NCBI RefSeq assembly: GCF_009914755.1 | Contig: NC_060927.1 | Strand: one strand, 5' to 3' | DNA: 64,000 nt | Origin: the human T2T-CHM13v2.0 reference genome, Homo sapiens | Shown here: positions 1 to 16,340 of the stretch, piece by piece | Layout: each line of letters starts with the position of its first letter | Position numbering within the stretch: position 1 is the first letter of the stretch | The notes under the pieces: model-generated | Databases searched by the model: none | The model's input: only the letters and a program-made list of their open reading frames with translations | What the model was told of the DNA's origin: nothing | Program-made: the position numbers and the translations under genes

Positions 1-884
1 CCATGTAGTTGAGTGGCTTTGAGTGAGATTCAAAGTGGGCGAAGGACATGAACAGACACTTCTCAAAAGAAGACATTTATGCAGCCAAAAAACACATGAA
101 GAAATGCTCATCATCACTGGCCATCAGAGAAATGCAAATCAAAACCACTATGAGATATCATCTCACACCAGTTAGAATGGCAATCATTAAAAAGTCAGGA
201 AACAACAGGTGCTGGAGAGGATGTGGAGAAATAGGAACACTTTTACACTGTTGGTGGGACTGTAAACTAGTTCAACCATTGTGGAAGTCAGTGTGGCGAT
301 TCCTCAGGGATCTAGAACTAGAAATACCATTTGACCCAGCCATCCCATTACTGGGTATATACCCAAAGGACTATAAATCATGCTGCTATAAAGACACATG
401 CACACGTATGTTTATTGCGGCACTATTCACAATAGCAAAGACTTGGAACCAACCCAAATGTCCAACAATGATAGACTGGATTAAGAAAATGTGGCACATA
501 TACACCATGGAATACTATGCAGCCATAAAAAATGATGAGTTCATGTCCTTTGTAGGGACATGGATGAAATTGGAAACCATCATTCTCAGTAAACTATCAC
601 AAGAACAAAAAACCGAACACCGCATATTCTCACTCATAGGTGGGAATTGAACAATGAGATCACGTGGACACAGGAAGGGGAATATCACACTCTGGGGACT
701 GTGGTGGGGTCGGGGGATGGGGGAGGGATAGCATTGGGAGATATACCTAATGCTAGATGACACTTTAGTGGGTGCAGCGCACCAGCATGGCACATGTATA
801 CATATGTAACTAACCTGCACAATGTGCACATGTACCCTAAAACTTAGAGTATAATAAAAAAAAAAAAATTAAAAAAAAAAAAAA
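1..884 (+). mobile_element. L1HS-type LINE-1 3' end with a 5' inversion (antisense piece 1-31 continues out of the window)
   Basis: 32-850 is the L1 ORF2 C-terminus plus 3'UTR, followed by a poly(A) tail at about 855-884. It has G at the 6015-equivalent site (CTTAGAGTAT, pos 847). Bases 1-31 are antisense L1 ORF2 (revcomp GAATCTCACTCAAAGCCACTCAACTACATGG). Confidence 0.95.
48..650 (+). pseudogene. L1 ORF2p C-terminal fragment (cysteine-rich CCHC region); open to the native stop but 5'-truncated
   Basis: Translation contains [18 protein letters not shown] and ends ...[10 protein letters not shown], the known ORF2p C-terminus. Confidence 0.95.
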
Positions 885-2575
885 TGAAATGTCTTCTAGG
901 TTGGATAACACATTTTGCTATTATCAGTGAGAGACATATTTGGCTTATATGATTTATCCTTTTGGCAAGTTACTTAGCAAGACTAAGAGAATGGAGTTCG
1001 GGGTAGGTTAATGCTGCTAGGGAAAGACAGGAATAGAGAAGACAAAGACATAGAGTTGTTCTTGGGAGACAGGTACAGGTGGGATCTACAAAGAGAAGCT
1101 TTCGCACCATGCAGAGGCAGAGGGTACAACACAAAAGGGAAGTATAAGTGCAGAAAATATGATAAAGGAGGACAAGGATGTGTGACTACACTGTCACTTT
1201 TGTACAGAGCTTGCTTGCACCTAAACATGAGAACAAACCCCATGTGCCTTTTATTTTCCTCATGAAATCCCATGTACAAAGAAATGGAAAAAAAGTTATA
1301 AAACGACTACTTTTATGTTGTATATACCTTCCCCCCCTTATCCTTTCTAGGAAGCTGTAATGATCAGCAATGTCTTTAACTCATGAGCACTTTTAACTTT
1401 TTCAAAGCATAGCCTGTACAAAGATCTTTCATTTCCTGACTGGTCATGAGGATGAAGTTTATTGTCTTTTTATTGCTACTATTTGGACATTTTTATACAG
1501 TTTTCTCCACATAGCGTAGAACATGTTACCCCCTGTAATTGCTTTTATATACTACTTGACTTAAAGATTGTTTCAAACTTTCTTACTCCTAAATCATTTT
1601 TATTTTTAGGCAGTTAGAACAACAGCTAGATGGTTCTTGAAAAGTACCTGAGTATTAAAGTGGAGGGTGTTTTTTATTCCTTTCTTATGTTCATCTACCT
1701 AAAATAAAATCGGTACTTTTCAAAGGAATGAGATGAAAAATATTTTGAGCCTTTACCCTATTTAAGCCCAGTTGTTATTATAAGTAATACTTGTATATGT
1801 ATATTAAACTTTCTGGCAGATGAATATAATTAACTTTCATGTACTTTGCTTTTATATTAGTTAATACTTTTTATTTTACTAAGATTTAGATTGGACAGTA
1901 TTCTGATGATCTCATCACTGGTACTTTTATGGGTGATAATAACCATTACCATCTGTGAGATGTCCTTAGGGTACCAAGAGTTTTATAGAACCTATAACAT
2001 GGCAAATTCCTACTCACAGTCTTATTCAAAAACATATTATTCTATACCCTATCACTTTTAATGGTGAAACAATAACTCAATTTCGCAAAATATTTTATCC
2101 CCAACTCTTTACCTTTGTCATCCACTAAGGTTTTTAGTTTTTAAAATTAATGACTTCAATCTTTATTTTAATAACATTTTTATTATAAAAACTCTAACTC
2201 CGAGAAATGGTTATAAACTTACACTTTTCCTAATAGGAATGTAAGTTTCTCATCAAGCACCAGGCACTCAAGTTACTGGAACCTCAGTGTGCAGGCATAA
2301 TTTCTCAGGTCCACAGTCCCTGTTCTCAAGGGCTCAAACTGAAAAAAAAAAAAAAAAGGTATGCAAATAAATAAAGGTAGGTAAATAAGCTTTGGACTGT
2401 ATATTCATTATATTGCCAATGATTACGTGCATTCATCTATACAAATATCTATATTGAAAGACAATATGTAAAGAGTTTCATGAATAGAATAAGCCAAGTT
2501 CTGTAAGAATGTGGGGGAGGGAGGGTTTGGGTAAGGAGGAAAGAATGGAGTCATTGCCTTAAGATTATGGGACTT

Positions 2576-2860
<285 letters not shown>

Positions 2861-4479
2861 GATTATGGGACTTGTCCTGACCCTGACTCCTATTAAAGAG
2901 ACTTTGGACATATTGTTTCATAACATTTCTGGGCTTCAGTTTCCCCATTTCTAATTATAATTATTGTAATAACAACAACAACAATTATTATTTATGAGGA
3001 AGTTAAGAATAAAAGCTCCTGATATATACAAATTGATCAATAAGTATTATTTTATATTTTCCTCATTTGTTGTCTATAATGTCTCTAAAATAAAAATTAA
3101 TATTAAGCTTCCTTATGAAAAAGATTCTTAGTCCCAAACAGGTTTTGATCCACATATCACATAAGGTGACAATGTGAATGGAGAGAAAGGAACTTGCAGG
3201 AAATCTCTTCCAAAAAATATTTTGATGACTTACTGATTAACCAAAATTTACATTGATATTTTCTAAACCAAAAACTAAAACAAAATTTTTGACCTATGGT
3301 TATATCTCAATTTCAAATGACCTGGGCTGCAAACAGCAATACTTAATCAATACAGATATTTAATTATTTTACATGTCAGTGTGTTGGTAGTAGGTAGGCA
3401 GTTCCAGCTTTGATCCAGTGACTCAGTGACCATAGTAGGGACTCAGGTTCTTTCCATCTATTCACTTCAACATTCTCAACACAGTCACATTTTATCTTCA
3501 AGTTGTCACACAACTGCCACCATAGTCTGTGCATAATGTCCAGATTGCAGAAATCCTTTTCACTACACATTAGGAGAAAAGAAAATCCTACCCTCAGAGC
3601 TATTTAATATAATACTCGGTGATTATGATTAAAGAAATTACAGGTCAGTTCCCTGGGATTAATGACACCTGTGCAACAGAGCAAGCATGTCAGAAGAACA
3701 ATGAGATATAGGATTTGTGTTTTTTTCTACCCTGACATTTTGCTTCCTGTTGCTTTTAATCATATTACACATGCAGTTATTTAGCTCTCTGCATTTGTAA
3801 GTCAGAAGCACTGTACTAACATTAGCTTAATAGCTGTAAAAGCCTTGAATTGAGAGGCTATTTTAAATGTAAGTGGAAGCCATGGGTCCTCCACCTCTTT
3901 AATTCTGAAGAAAGTTTACATTTTCTAAGTGAAGAAGTTTGAGTGACAGGAGGGAATAATGCCACAATATTGTGGTTCTCTACCTGCCTTTGCCCTGAAG
4001 CTCGTGCTATTCTGTGATGCTTGGATGTGGCTGTTGGTTGGGGGACAACTACTTTCCTCTTTGTGGGGCTTTGTGTATGTCCACAACCAAAACACGGTTA
4101 CCTATTATCAACACACAGTGAGCACTGACTGTGCGCAGTTTCCTCATCTCTAGGAAAGCATTCATCCCATATGGAACGTGATGAACTAGACTCAGTTATA
4201 ATGCATCCCTGGAAAGTTTAAGGTTAAGGGATGCAGGCTGCACAAACGTCACAGCAGCCATCAGCCTAACAAGTAGGGCTAGATGTTCTCTGGGATTTTA
4301 ACCATGGTTTCTGAAATCAGTTAGGTAAGCCAAGAAGCTGCAAATTCTCATCTGAAAGTGTAGAAGCATAATTGCTTTTTAACCTTTGGAAACAGCCAGG
4401 TTCTGCTCTAGCATTCATATTATTCTATAAATAGCCATAGAATGGGATCATACATGACTTTCATCTCTACGGCATCTCA

Positions 4480-4750
4480 CTTACCAGGTGCTAAGTGGGA
4501 ATCACCTGGAAGACTTAAGATGCAGATTGCCGGGTTGTCCCCCAGAGTTTCTGATTCAGGAGGTCTAGAGTGGGTTTTTTTCATTCCTTTATTCTTTTCT
4601 ATTTTTTTAAATTGACAAATAAAAAATCATATGTATTGGGTATGTACTATATGTTTTGGAGTATGTACACTGGAGAATTTGTATTTCTTATAAGTTCCCA
4701 GTTAATGCCAATGCTGCTGGTCCAGGGACTACACTCTGAGAGCTACTATC
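4480..4750. mobile_element. MER5A (hAT-Charlie) split by a short antisense old-L1 3' fragment (about 4574-4672)
   Basis: GAATCACCTGG...CAGAGTTTCTGATTCAG-AGGTCT and later GCTGCTGGTCCAGGGACTACACTCTGAG are MER5A motifs. A T-rich L1M-like tail lies between them. Confidence 0.75.
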
Positions 4751-6079
4751 ATAAGGAAATGATTTAGAATTCTGGTTCTCCCCATATCCTGCTTTTTTGG
4801 GTGAGTCTCATTTATCCAAGTGTAAGTTGGATTTTTTAGACGACAGTGGGTCTAAATTATTCAAACACTTTAATTGTGAGTCAGCACTGGGAAGAGAGCA
4901 CTGGCAGTGACATTGGTCTTGCTGAAATTGGAGTCCGTTTGTGCCCTTAATGCAATCTGGCTAAGCCAAGGCATGGAGGCCTGAAGCTAGAGAGGCTGCA
5001 GGTGTGCAGCCCATGTGTGTAATTCAGTTAGGGAATGACAGCAGTGTCACACAAATCCCCGCCTTGGCTCCAGATAGGAAAACACATTTCCCCTGCTCAG
5101 TGGCAGGGTTTTTCATACCTCTTTGTTTGGGGTTTGTAGAAGTGGCAGGCTCCCAGGGAGGTGTTGCTGTCTGCGAGCTCTCAGTGGTGCAGCAAATTTT
5201 ATCTTTCCATAGGTTAGATCGACTTGACCTGAGGGGGGCTGCATTTCCAGGAGAAGCGCTGTGTCTTCCTGGGGCACAGAAACGGCTCCACACACCTACC
5301 ACTGTTCTTTTATGAGAGGAGATTGATTTCCCTGTGAGTGTATGGATGTGTGTGTGTGTATTTAAGAAAAACCTCCAACACCTTAATTGCAGGTTCCTTA
5401 ATAGCACTGTATGAAAACAGTCGTAGCCTACAGGCATTTATATAATCTGGGTCCTTAGAGTATCTCTTACACAGCTTTTTGATCTTTGAGGGTTTTTTTT
5501 TTCCTCATCTACTCTGCTTAACTTAGATGAAATTTGTTTTCCATCTGTGCCACAAATTTCCTGTTAAAATGTCTAAAAATTTCTGTATGGGAAAAGCAGG
5601 ATAAGCCTCTAGGTTTTTGACTATATTGATGCTCTGTGATCTCTACTTTTCCTTTGTGTGTCTGGAGCGCTATGTGGAGAGGAAATGCCTTGTTCTCTGA
5701 AAATGAAAGGAGCTTCTCTTGATGCTCCAGATAAAAGGTTAGGCTTATTATTTAGGCATCTGTGAGTGATCAACTCAAAAACCTTAACTATGCGGGGATA
5801 ATTAATACTCTCCTAATTCTGTACTTCACAGCCCAGGTCTCTCCCAGACGAGAGTGTGGTCAGAAGGAAGTCATGTATGTCTGTCATTACATCAAACTCA
5901 GAGGGCTACAGAGGGTCTTGTTGGCACATACATGTTATTCATGTATGTCAAAGCATCTCTATTCCACATATGTAGTTAATGTTTGAATTCCTTCAATCAG
6001 CCTCTGCTTGGACACAGAGAAAAGGAACTTCCAGCTTCCTGGGACAGCCCAATATATTTGAAGAGAACTTCAATTAGGT

Positions 6080-7740
6080 GTATTTCATTCATGTATTTGT
6101 TCATTCATTCAACTGTCACAAAGCACATACAATGTGTCAAACAATCCTAAGTCTTTGGTATACAAAGATGGATAAGACATGATTTCTATTTCGAAGAGAG
6201 AAAAATCTAACAGGAGAGAAATGCATGTAAAAAAAGAGTAATCAACTAGTGTGAGAGGGTTGTTGTACATACTTCAGGTAGGAGGAAGGAGCTAGGGGCC
6301 ACAGCACAGGTAGGGAGCAACTCTTCCCTGGATGGCAGCTGGGTAGGTAGAAGGTGAGAGAAGGATTGGAGGAAGCTTGACAGAAGAAGTAATCTGAGCT
6401 AAACCTTGAACGATAAAAAGGGCACTAAGGAAAGGAGGAGTCAGGAGATTCCAGAGACCCAGGGCATGTGCGAATGTACAGAGTCATGAAGCTATGTGGA
6501 TCCATTGAAGAAACACCACGTGCCATGGCCTTGGTGGAGTAAGCATGGAGTAATGAAACAGGGGCTGGAAAGGCATTCTGTTGCCACTTATAAAAGGTCT
6601 TGTACATTACGCTATGGAGTTTGGACTTCATTACCAGTAGTCTCCAAAGTGAGATAAATCAGTCTACACAGAGTTATCTACTAGGCTGAGAAAGAAAATA
6701 TGAGAACTTGTATTGATAATTATTTTTTTCAACAAATAAGAAAGAAATTAAGCTTTGCTAATCTGTACTTTATGAACTGAAGGTTGGTACATTAGGCAAA
6801 AGCATTTTCCCTAACATATATTTCTGTTGGGGAATATAGTACGGACACTTCTAAGATAAAATGGACAGAACTTGATGACTGAGTAGTTATAGAAGTGATG
6901 ACTCAGTGTTTTCAGTTTTGTTTGAGTGATAAGGAGATGGCGGGACTGCTTACCACCAACAGTTGTTCCATCTGTGTCCTTCACAACGATACCCAGCAGA
7001 GGGGGTGGGAAAGCTAAAGTCTTCTCCGAGCACCACTGTCCTCTCTGGTGCTGGGGTGAAGCAGGCTAGAGAAGTGCTGTCTTTTGTTAATTCATCCAAA
7101 ACCCAATGTGTGCCCATAAGGTCTCTGGTAGTGGTTCCATCCAGTGGCACAGAGATTGAGGAGGAGTGGGTTGAGGGTGTAGGGAGACTCAGGTTTGATT
7201 TTAGGCATGCTGTCTCTGTACTTATTAAGGACTTACAGCTGGGATGTCTAGTTGACAATCAAAAATACGGATCTAGAGCTCAGAGGAGGGCTGGGGTCCA
7301 GAGAAGAGAGCAGGATTGTGAAACTCATCAGAGAACAGGTGGTAATTCAGGTCATGAGCATGATTAGGATCATAGGTGGGCATGTAGAGTGAGAAGAGGC
7401 AGGCATGACCTAACTGAGGGGGCAAGCAGATGGTAAGGAGCCATTAGTGGGACAAGAAATAATCTAAGGCAGAAAGCAAACGAGGGAGGGTGGCACCACA
7501 GGAGCTATGGAAGAAGAGAACTTTAAGAAGGGAACGGCCAATGGAGAAAGAGCAAATCAATGAGAAGAAAAGTTCTCTATGGGATTTGGAGTTAGGAAAT
7601 TGTTAATTCCCTTAGAAAATTACTTCATTGGAGCAATGAGTGCAGATACTTGATTAAATGATTAAAGACTGAAATGGAGGGAAGAAAATCAAAATTGGAA
7701 ATGTAAAAGATATACATTATTAAGAAGTTTGCATAAGAAG
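6080..7740 (-). mobile_element. L2 LINE remnants
   Basis: TTCATTCATTCAAC terminus followed by purine-rich L2-like sequence (GGAGTTTGGACTT, GGATCTAGAGCTCAGAGGAGGGCTGGG). Confidence 0.65.
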
Positions 7741-8431
7741 GGAAGGATAGAGATTAAGGTCATATGAACCTTCTCAGAAGCCCTTGAAATGTCATTGAAC
7801 AGATATTGATTTCTTCTTAGCCCAGTGTTAAGATCTGTGTCTCCCCTTATGTGTGAATCAGGCTCTCTGACCTCCCAGGATATTTTCCCTATTCAGTTGC
7901 TTCGCTACATTTCATGTCCAAAATTGAACCAGTTTTCCAGATATGCACACACCACGATTTTGTCTAAAAGTTAAAGACATTTTCCAATTTGTTTCTGGTT
8001 CTCACTCTAATGATAACTAGAGCTTAGTGTCCCTTTTGGCTTTAGCAACACATTGGCCCCACATCTTCAGGATACTTTGTAAAGCAATGTTGCCCTGCTC
8101 CAGAATTTGCATACATGTACCTTGCACATAAAAGACACTGAATATTTGTTAATTGAACCAATTATGTCAGAGACTATAATTTTGGAAGCAATTTTTCCTC
8201 TGAGTGACCCATCTTGAAGCTCTCATGTCATATTGTACTCCATACAGACTCAATTGATTCCTTCAGTTACCATTAAACCACCTAGAAACATCTACTGTCT
8301 TTGCAACCCTGAAGGTATTCCTTCTTCTGTATTCCCTCTTCCTGATCATTTATAAAATATATTAAGTGGCACTTTTTTCCAGAGATGCTACTTTGTATGC
8401 TTCTTTCTCCAGAAAAACACTTATTCGGCCC

Positions 8432-8603
8432 TAAACTTTGACTTGTTTCAAAATCTCTTAATGAACATTCCCCCCAATAAGTCCCCACCCCAACTCAGGC
8501 TGACAATGTTTTAAATTAAACTTTGACTTGTTTCAAAATCTCTTAATGAACATTTCCCCCAATAAGTCCCCACCCCAACTCAGGCTGACAATGTTTTAAA
8601 TTA
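8432..8603. repeat. 85-bp tandem duplication (2 copies, 1 mismatch)
   Basis: 8432-8516 and 8517-8601 are identical except CATTCCCCCC vs CATTTCCCCC. Confidence 0.97.
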
Positions 8604-10309
8604 CTTTTGAAATAAAGCCTTGTTTAAGGTTTTTGAAACATGGAAATAAATTGAGTTTCCTGGAATCTCATATTTTCACGCCTACCACCTCCAAGCAGTC
8701 TGGTGGCTCTATCAGGAATAATTTCCTCTTATAAAAATTGTAATGCTTTATTTGTGATACATGCTGAAATGTTTAGTGATTCTATGGTTTATGGTATTAT
8801 AATTTTGCTCAGTTTTCCTGAGGTCTGTCTGCCGGGGACCTCATCGACTGTGGCAGGATGCCTGTTTTGATCAATATGTACACAATTCTGGCTATAAATT
8901 CCCTCAAAATGCTTGGGTGGGTGCCCATGATTTATTTATTTCCGTTTGCCAATTAGGTCTAGAGAGCCTTCCTAATAGACTCACTGGAAAAAAAACAGAA
9001 AGAAATCTTGGAAGGAAAGAGCTGAACTGAAAAAGAAAAACCTTTCTGCTCTCTAAATTTAGAATAAATCCATCACCATTTTTGTTTTACCTCAATTAAC
9101 TTTATCCCGCTGAATTCATCTAGTCTCCAAAGAAATCTTACAGCCTGGAGAGTTCCTCCATTCGTCTGGACTTTTAAAAGTTCTTGTGAAATGTATAGTC
9201 CATGTGATCAGGAAATCTGAGTATACTGGTAGTTCATTATTATGATGGCGCTTGTGGGTGTCAGGAACGATAATGTCTGTATTTAATGGTATTTGTGGCT
9301 TGCCCCTGGCTTGCAATTACCTGCCAAGTGTAGTGGCTAGATTGAAAACATGATTGCAGCAGCCCATTTTCTCTTAGAAATCCTACTGGCTCCTTGATGA
9401 TAATTTGACCTAAAGCATTGTGAGTGTGAGAGTGTGAGTGTGTGTGTGTGTATGTGTGGTGCTGTCACTTCCTCATTCCTCCTGTGCAATAAAAGGAAAG
9501 TTCCCAGGGAATTGAACAATTCAAATAATAAATTTTTTCAATATTGGCCTTGCTCAGCCAGCTGAATATTCTTGATAAAACAGCAGTTGCCTGTCCTGAA
9601 CCCACACCTTAGGCAAGAGACACCTGGTATGTGGAGAACGTGCTGAGTTCACATGTGGCCATGACAGCACAAGGCTGTAACCGAAGTGTCTGGTCTCAGG
9701 AGAGGTTTATTGTCCACAGGTCTTAGGGTCTGCCAGGAGCTGCTGATGATTCAGCCATTTTGTATTCATTTGTCTATTATGAGTGGGACAGCAGCTGTTA
9801 CTGTTTTATACTCTTAAAATAAAAAAAAAAACGCTGCACAGTTTAGACAACTATACAAGATGACCCCCACTGCTAAAAGTTGAAATACTGATGTTGCATT
9901 TACACAGAGTTGGCTGTGAAAAAACAGAATGCAAGGCAGGACTTCGGATTCCCACTGCTGTGCAAAAGGAGAGATAAAAATAATAGCAGCAAAAACTCAT
10001 GCAAACACATCAACCTCAAGGCTAAGAAACTTAATGCTCCTGAGTGGAGCAGTAGAAAGCTTATGACCATTATTCTCTATTTGATGTATTGCTTGGACAG
10101 TTTTAATTATTTTATTCCCATTTAAAATAAAGGTTAATTAAAATGTCTACCAGCTATTAATAGTTCACATGTTAAAAAGAACTTTTTTCTATGTTTTATA
10201 CGTTTTTCTTGTAAAATCAATGTACAATCACTATAGACAATTAGGGGCAAGAATAAGCAAAATAAAAGAACATGAATATCTAACAATTATATTCCTCTTA
10301 CAGCATGCC

Positions 10310-10500
10310 TGGCAAAATTGTAAATGATTTTTACATATAAGCTCATTTAATTGTCAAAGCAACCTTATGAGGTAGGTTTTTACCTATCCCTATTTTACAG
10401 AAAAGGAAACTGAGGCACAGAGAGGTTAAACAACTTGCCCAGAGTCCAAAAAACAGCCTGGCTCCAAAGTCAGCGCTGCTCACCACACTGTTGTACTTCT
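10310..10500 (-). mobile_element. MIR SINE
   Basis: Core ATTTTACAGAAAAGGAAACTGAGGCACAGAGAGGTTAAACAACTTGCCC. Confidence 0.85.
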
Positions 10501-13500
10501 CTCTACGACCATCCACAGTGCCCCTCCCTCAGGGATAACTTACAGTTAAGCTTAGCATATAGTTTTCCAGATCTTTTCTTATTAATATAAACAAGTAAAT
10601 ATATGGTACACTTGCATATCATGCATCAATATATTGTCTATGTATGTTATATTAATTTCCTAGTCTGACTCTCAAAATAGTCTTTTTAATTTTTCTGACC
10701 TTATGAATGAGGAAACAAGCTTAGAGGGGCCGAGTGACTTGCCCCAAATCTCATAGTTGTGGTGGAAGAGAAACCTTTTCCCAGGTCAGCTACCTCCATC
10801 AAAGGGATTCTTTTCTCTGCACTAAGCTGCCTCATGGTCTTTTAATTTTGACTGTGATGAAAGCACACAATTTCATCGTGGTGGGATGCATCACCAGGTT
10901 GAAGATGATTAGGTGATGTAGTGGGGGCTCTCAGTGCCCTGCCAGCTCTGCCTTACCAGCTGGTGCACCTGTCTCCCAGCGGCTGCAATGCTGGCTAGTA
11001 ACCATGCCTAGCTGTCCTCCTCTATAGAGAATCGCCTTTGGTCACTTCACCCCTTGCAGGGTCTCGTCTAGAAAACCGGACTTGGGACAAGTGGTGTTTG
11101 ATAACATGACCCCCCTCTGGGGAACAAAAACCAGCACCCACCTTGAGGCAAGGGCTGCCTTTTGGAGTCCTACAACAGTTTTCATAATTTTTAGCCATAC
11201 AGTTTGCCTTGAGTCAGTAGGGCTTTTTTCTTTCAAAAAGTCCAGTGACTATTTTTTCAAAATGATTTATTTAAATATTTTGTTAAGGTGACTTACATGG
11301 ACCAAAGAAAGCCCTAAAAACCATTTCAAACACGTTTAATTCAGGGTCATTTCTCATGTTTCCATATTTCTAAGCTTTAATGCTTTTCTATTTCAAATCA
11401 ATTACTTTCTATTTATTCTTTAAGCACACATATTTCAGAGTTATAACAGAAGAATAGCTATGAATAACTACCCTGCCTCCTTCTTTAATTTCACAGTACT
11501 CCCATCTGCCTTCCATCTCCCTTGCTGAAAATTTTCTCTGCTCCATCACCACAATTTCACTGTTAGCTTTCTCCTACCAACTTCTGGTACATCTCACTAT
11601 TAAAGTTTTCTCTGTTATAGCCATCCTGTGTGCCCTCTTCTAAATGAACACTTCACTTCTGCCTTAACTGTCCTTTTGAAATCATATCTAGGCACAAAGT
11701 CCACAAATTTTTAATTGATTCTTTAATCTAGTTACCATCATGGTTTTATAAACCCGACTTTCTGAGGTTTGCCAATAGAACTATCACGTAGAAGCAGATC
11801 TGGAATATTTGGGCAATACTGTAATTTTTCAGAAGTGGAGATTATACTGCCATGCAATTTAGTGGTGTTTGAATTTTCCTGAATTTCTGTTTCTATCCCC
11901 ATCCCAGCTGACTCATAATTTATTTATTTACATTATTGCAAGAGCCTCTGAGCTGAGCTTCCTGTCTCCCTTCCCAATCCAATCAATCCATCCTCTATAG
12001 AGCTACAAAAGAAACCTTCCTAACTCTTTTTCTCACCATGGTACTTCCGTGTTCAAAAACCCATCCCTGGCTCCCCATTGCCTAGGGAATGCTGTATTAA
12101 AAACGTTTTAGGCCATCAGACATTGGTATAACATTTGTAGGACTGCAATAAAAATACAAATAAGGTCTCTGACTCACCCCTCTTCTCTCTCAATTCCACA
12201 AGGGGCCAAATAGGCATGTGTGTGAATAGCCACCCTACAGTCAAATGCTGTCCATAACCCTCCAGCCTCCACCTGCAAACAGTCACCTCTTGGCCATTCT
12301 TGGATTTAGGGATGTATGCTGGTGGTGTGGTCTATCCTTAAGAGGATGGACTAGAAGAAGAGGCTTGTTCAGGACCTGGAAGTGGGGTAAGGCCATGGAG
12401 GCAGCAAATTCCAGGGTCCTGAACATGAGAATGAGCATGGTCTAGAGGGGGAGGACAGTGCTGGGAGAAGGTGGACATGGTCCCTTATCCCTGTGGATTA
12501 CTAATCCTGTGTAGAGGGGTATGGCTGGAGGAGGGTCAGAGCAGGGCCTTCTCAAACACGAGGCTAAGGGAAAGACTCTCTTGCAAGATTTAAGGGCAAT
12601 TCCGAGTCTGGCATGGAAGACTTTTCATGATCTGATCCCAACTTACTTTTTCAACATCATTTCATACTACTCCCAGGTGTGACCCATCCACAGTGACCAG
12701 TTTAGTCCACTTACATGTCTTTGGGGCATGATCTTCCTCATCCACCCATGTGACTTTCCTCATGCTATATACCAGATCCCAAGTTCACAGGGACAGGTTA
12801 AATAAATGAGTGCCATAGGCCAAGTGGGGCCCACAGAATGCTAGAGAGAGCAAGCCTCATCTAAATGGCGGTGCCAATTTTCAACTCCAGTCAACTGGTA
12901 GCATGAAAGACTGTGCACCCAGTATTGTCAGGTCAGTCTTCTATTAGGTCAGAAATACAGATTTTTCATAAGAAATCTCTTGATTTTGAAATATTGACAA
13001 CTAATTAAAATTAAACAAGAAAAACACTCTGCTGTCCAAATCAAGCTCCACTGTGGCTCCAATTTGGCCTGTGTATGTTCTGTAACCTGATATTGTCTGT
13101 ATGCTTCCCTCCAACTCTGTGAATCTTTCCTTTCTTCAATCATGGACTCAAATTCTACCTCCTCCTTGAAGCTTTCCTGGATCACTCCAACCCATAGAAC
13201 TTTCTTTTTTCTCTTAACTGTTCTAGTACTTATAATCCAGCCCACTAATTTGACACCATTTGAAATCCTCTTTTTATATCTCGAATTGAATTGAGATTAG
13301 AGAGTAACAGTCATGCCTTTTTTTTTTGTTTATCTCATAGGGTCTAAGAGTTCCAGTCTCATGGTATTTGTTAAATCACCAATGAATAAAAACAAAATTG
13401 TACCATGCTTTAAAGAGTATATACTTTAGACCAAGGAATTTAGCTTCTGAGAATTTCAGTTAGGGAAAAAACATAAATTTGTGCAAAGATGTATGCATGT

Positions 13501-13641
13501 AACAGGATATTTGTCATAGTCTTAGTTATTAAAACAAAAATTTGGACCAACTAGGTATTCAGCAAAACAGCTTGAATAAATTAAAATTGTAGTATACAGT
13601 GTAATTGCTTGAATGTCTCTTAAGTCTCCTTTTCATCTATA

Positions 13642-15628
<1,987 letters not shown>

Positions 15629-15629
15629 T

Positions 15630-16340
15630 GAATCATTTGGACTTCACCCTAATATTCCTGCACACGTTCTTTGCTTTCTGATATATGATGTTTCAGGCTT
15701 ATCTTGTTCTTTTCTTGCCCCAGACCTGGAATCCAACATTTCTTCAATTAATCCTATTTTCTTTTAGTGAAAAATGGTATTTGGAGTCTATAATGTTGGC
15801 ATTAGAGGTGTTCTTTGCTCCTGGGTTAGTCATTGTCTCTAGGCTTTTTCAATATGCAGAGCTTAAAAAACTACAGTTTTTGTTTCAGATAAAATGTATT
15901 GTGAGTTCATATTAATACTTTCAATTTAAACTCAGAGTTTTGGCCTAATCTCTAAACATCAAAAATCTGATCCTGGTTCAAACAGTTAAAAAATGATATG
16001 ACAATCGGGAAAAAGTAAGCAGCATATTTATATTTCATGATACTAAGAAATTAATTTTAATTTTTAAGTGTGACCATTTTAATTCTATTCCTTAGAAGAA
16101 TCCCGTGTCTTACAGAGATACATACATATTGAAATATTTGTAGATAAAATTCCCTCATGTCTGAGATTTGCTTCAAGATAATCTAAGGAGTTGAGTAGGA
16201 GAAAGTAGATAAGTGTATGGATGAAAGAAAATTGGCCATGAGTTGATAATTGTTGAATTTGAGTGATAGGAACACGAGGGTTATTATTTTGGTGTCTCTC
16301 TATTTTCATATGTTTGAATTTTTAATTGGACATTTTAAAG
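15630..16340. mobile_element. L1MC-type fragments
   Basis: CTTGCCCCAGACCTGGAATCC...AAAATGGTATTTGGA and GGCCATGAGTTGATAATTGTTGAA motifs, typical of L1MC 3' regions. Confidence 0.6.

Noticed and set aside
5004-5437. Overlapping 103 and 137 aa ORFs in unique, slightly GC-richer DNA
   Set aside because: No homology recognised and one runs through a TG repeat. The region may be regulatory, but coding is unsupported.
8432-8603. Possible CRISPR-like or minisatellite array
   Set aside because: Only two abutting copies with no spacers, in eukaryotic DNA.
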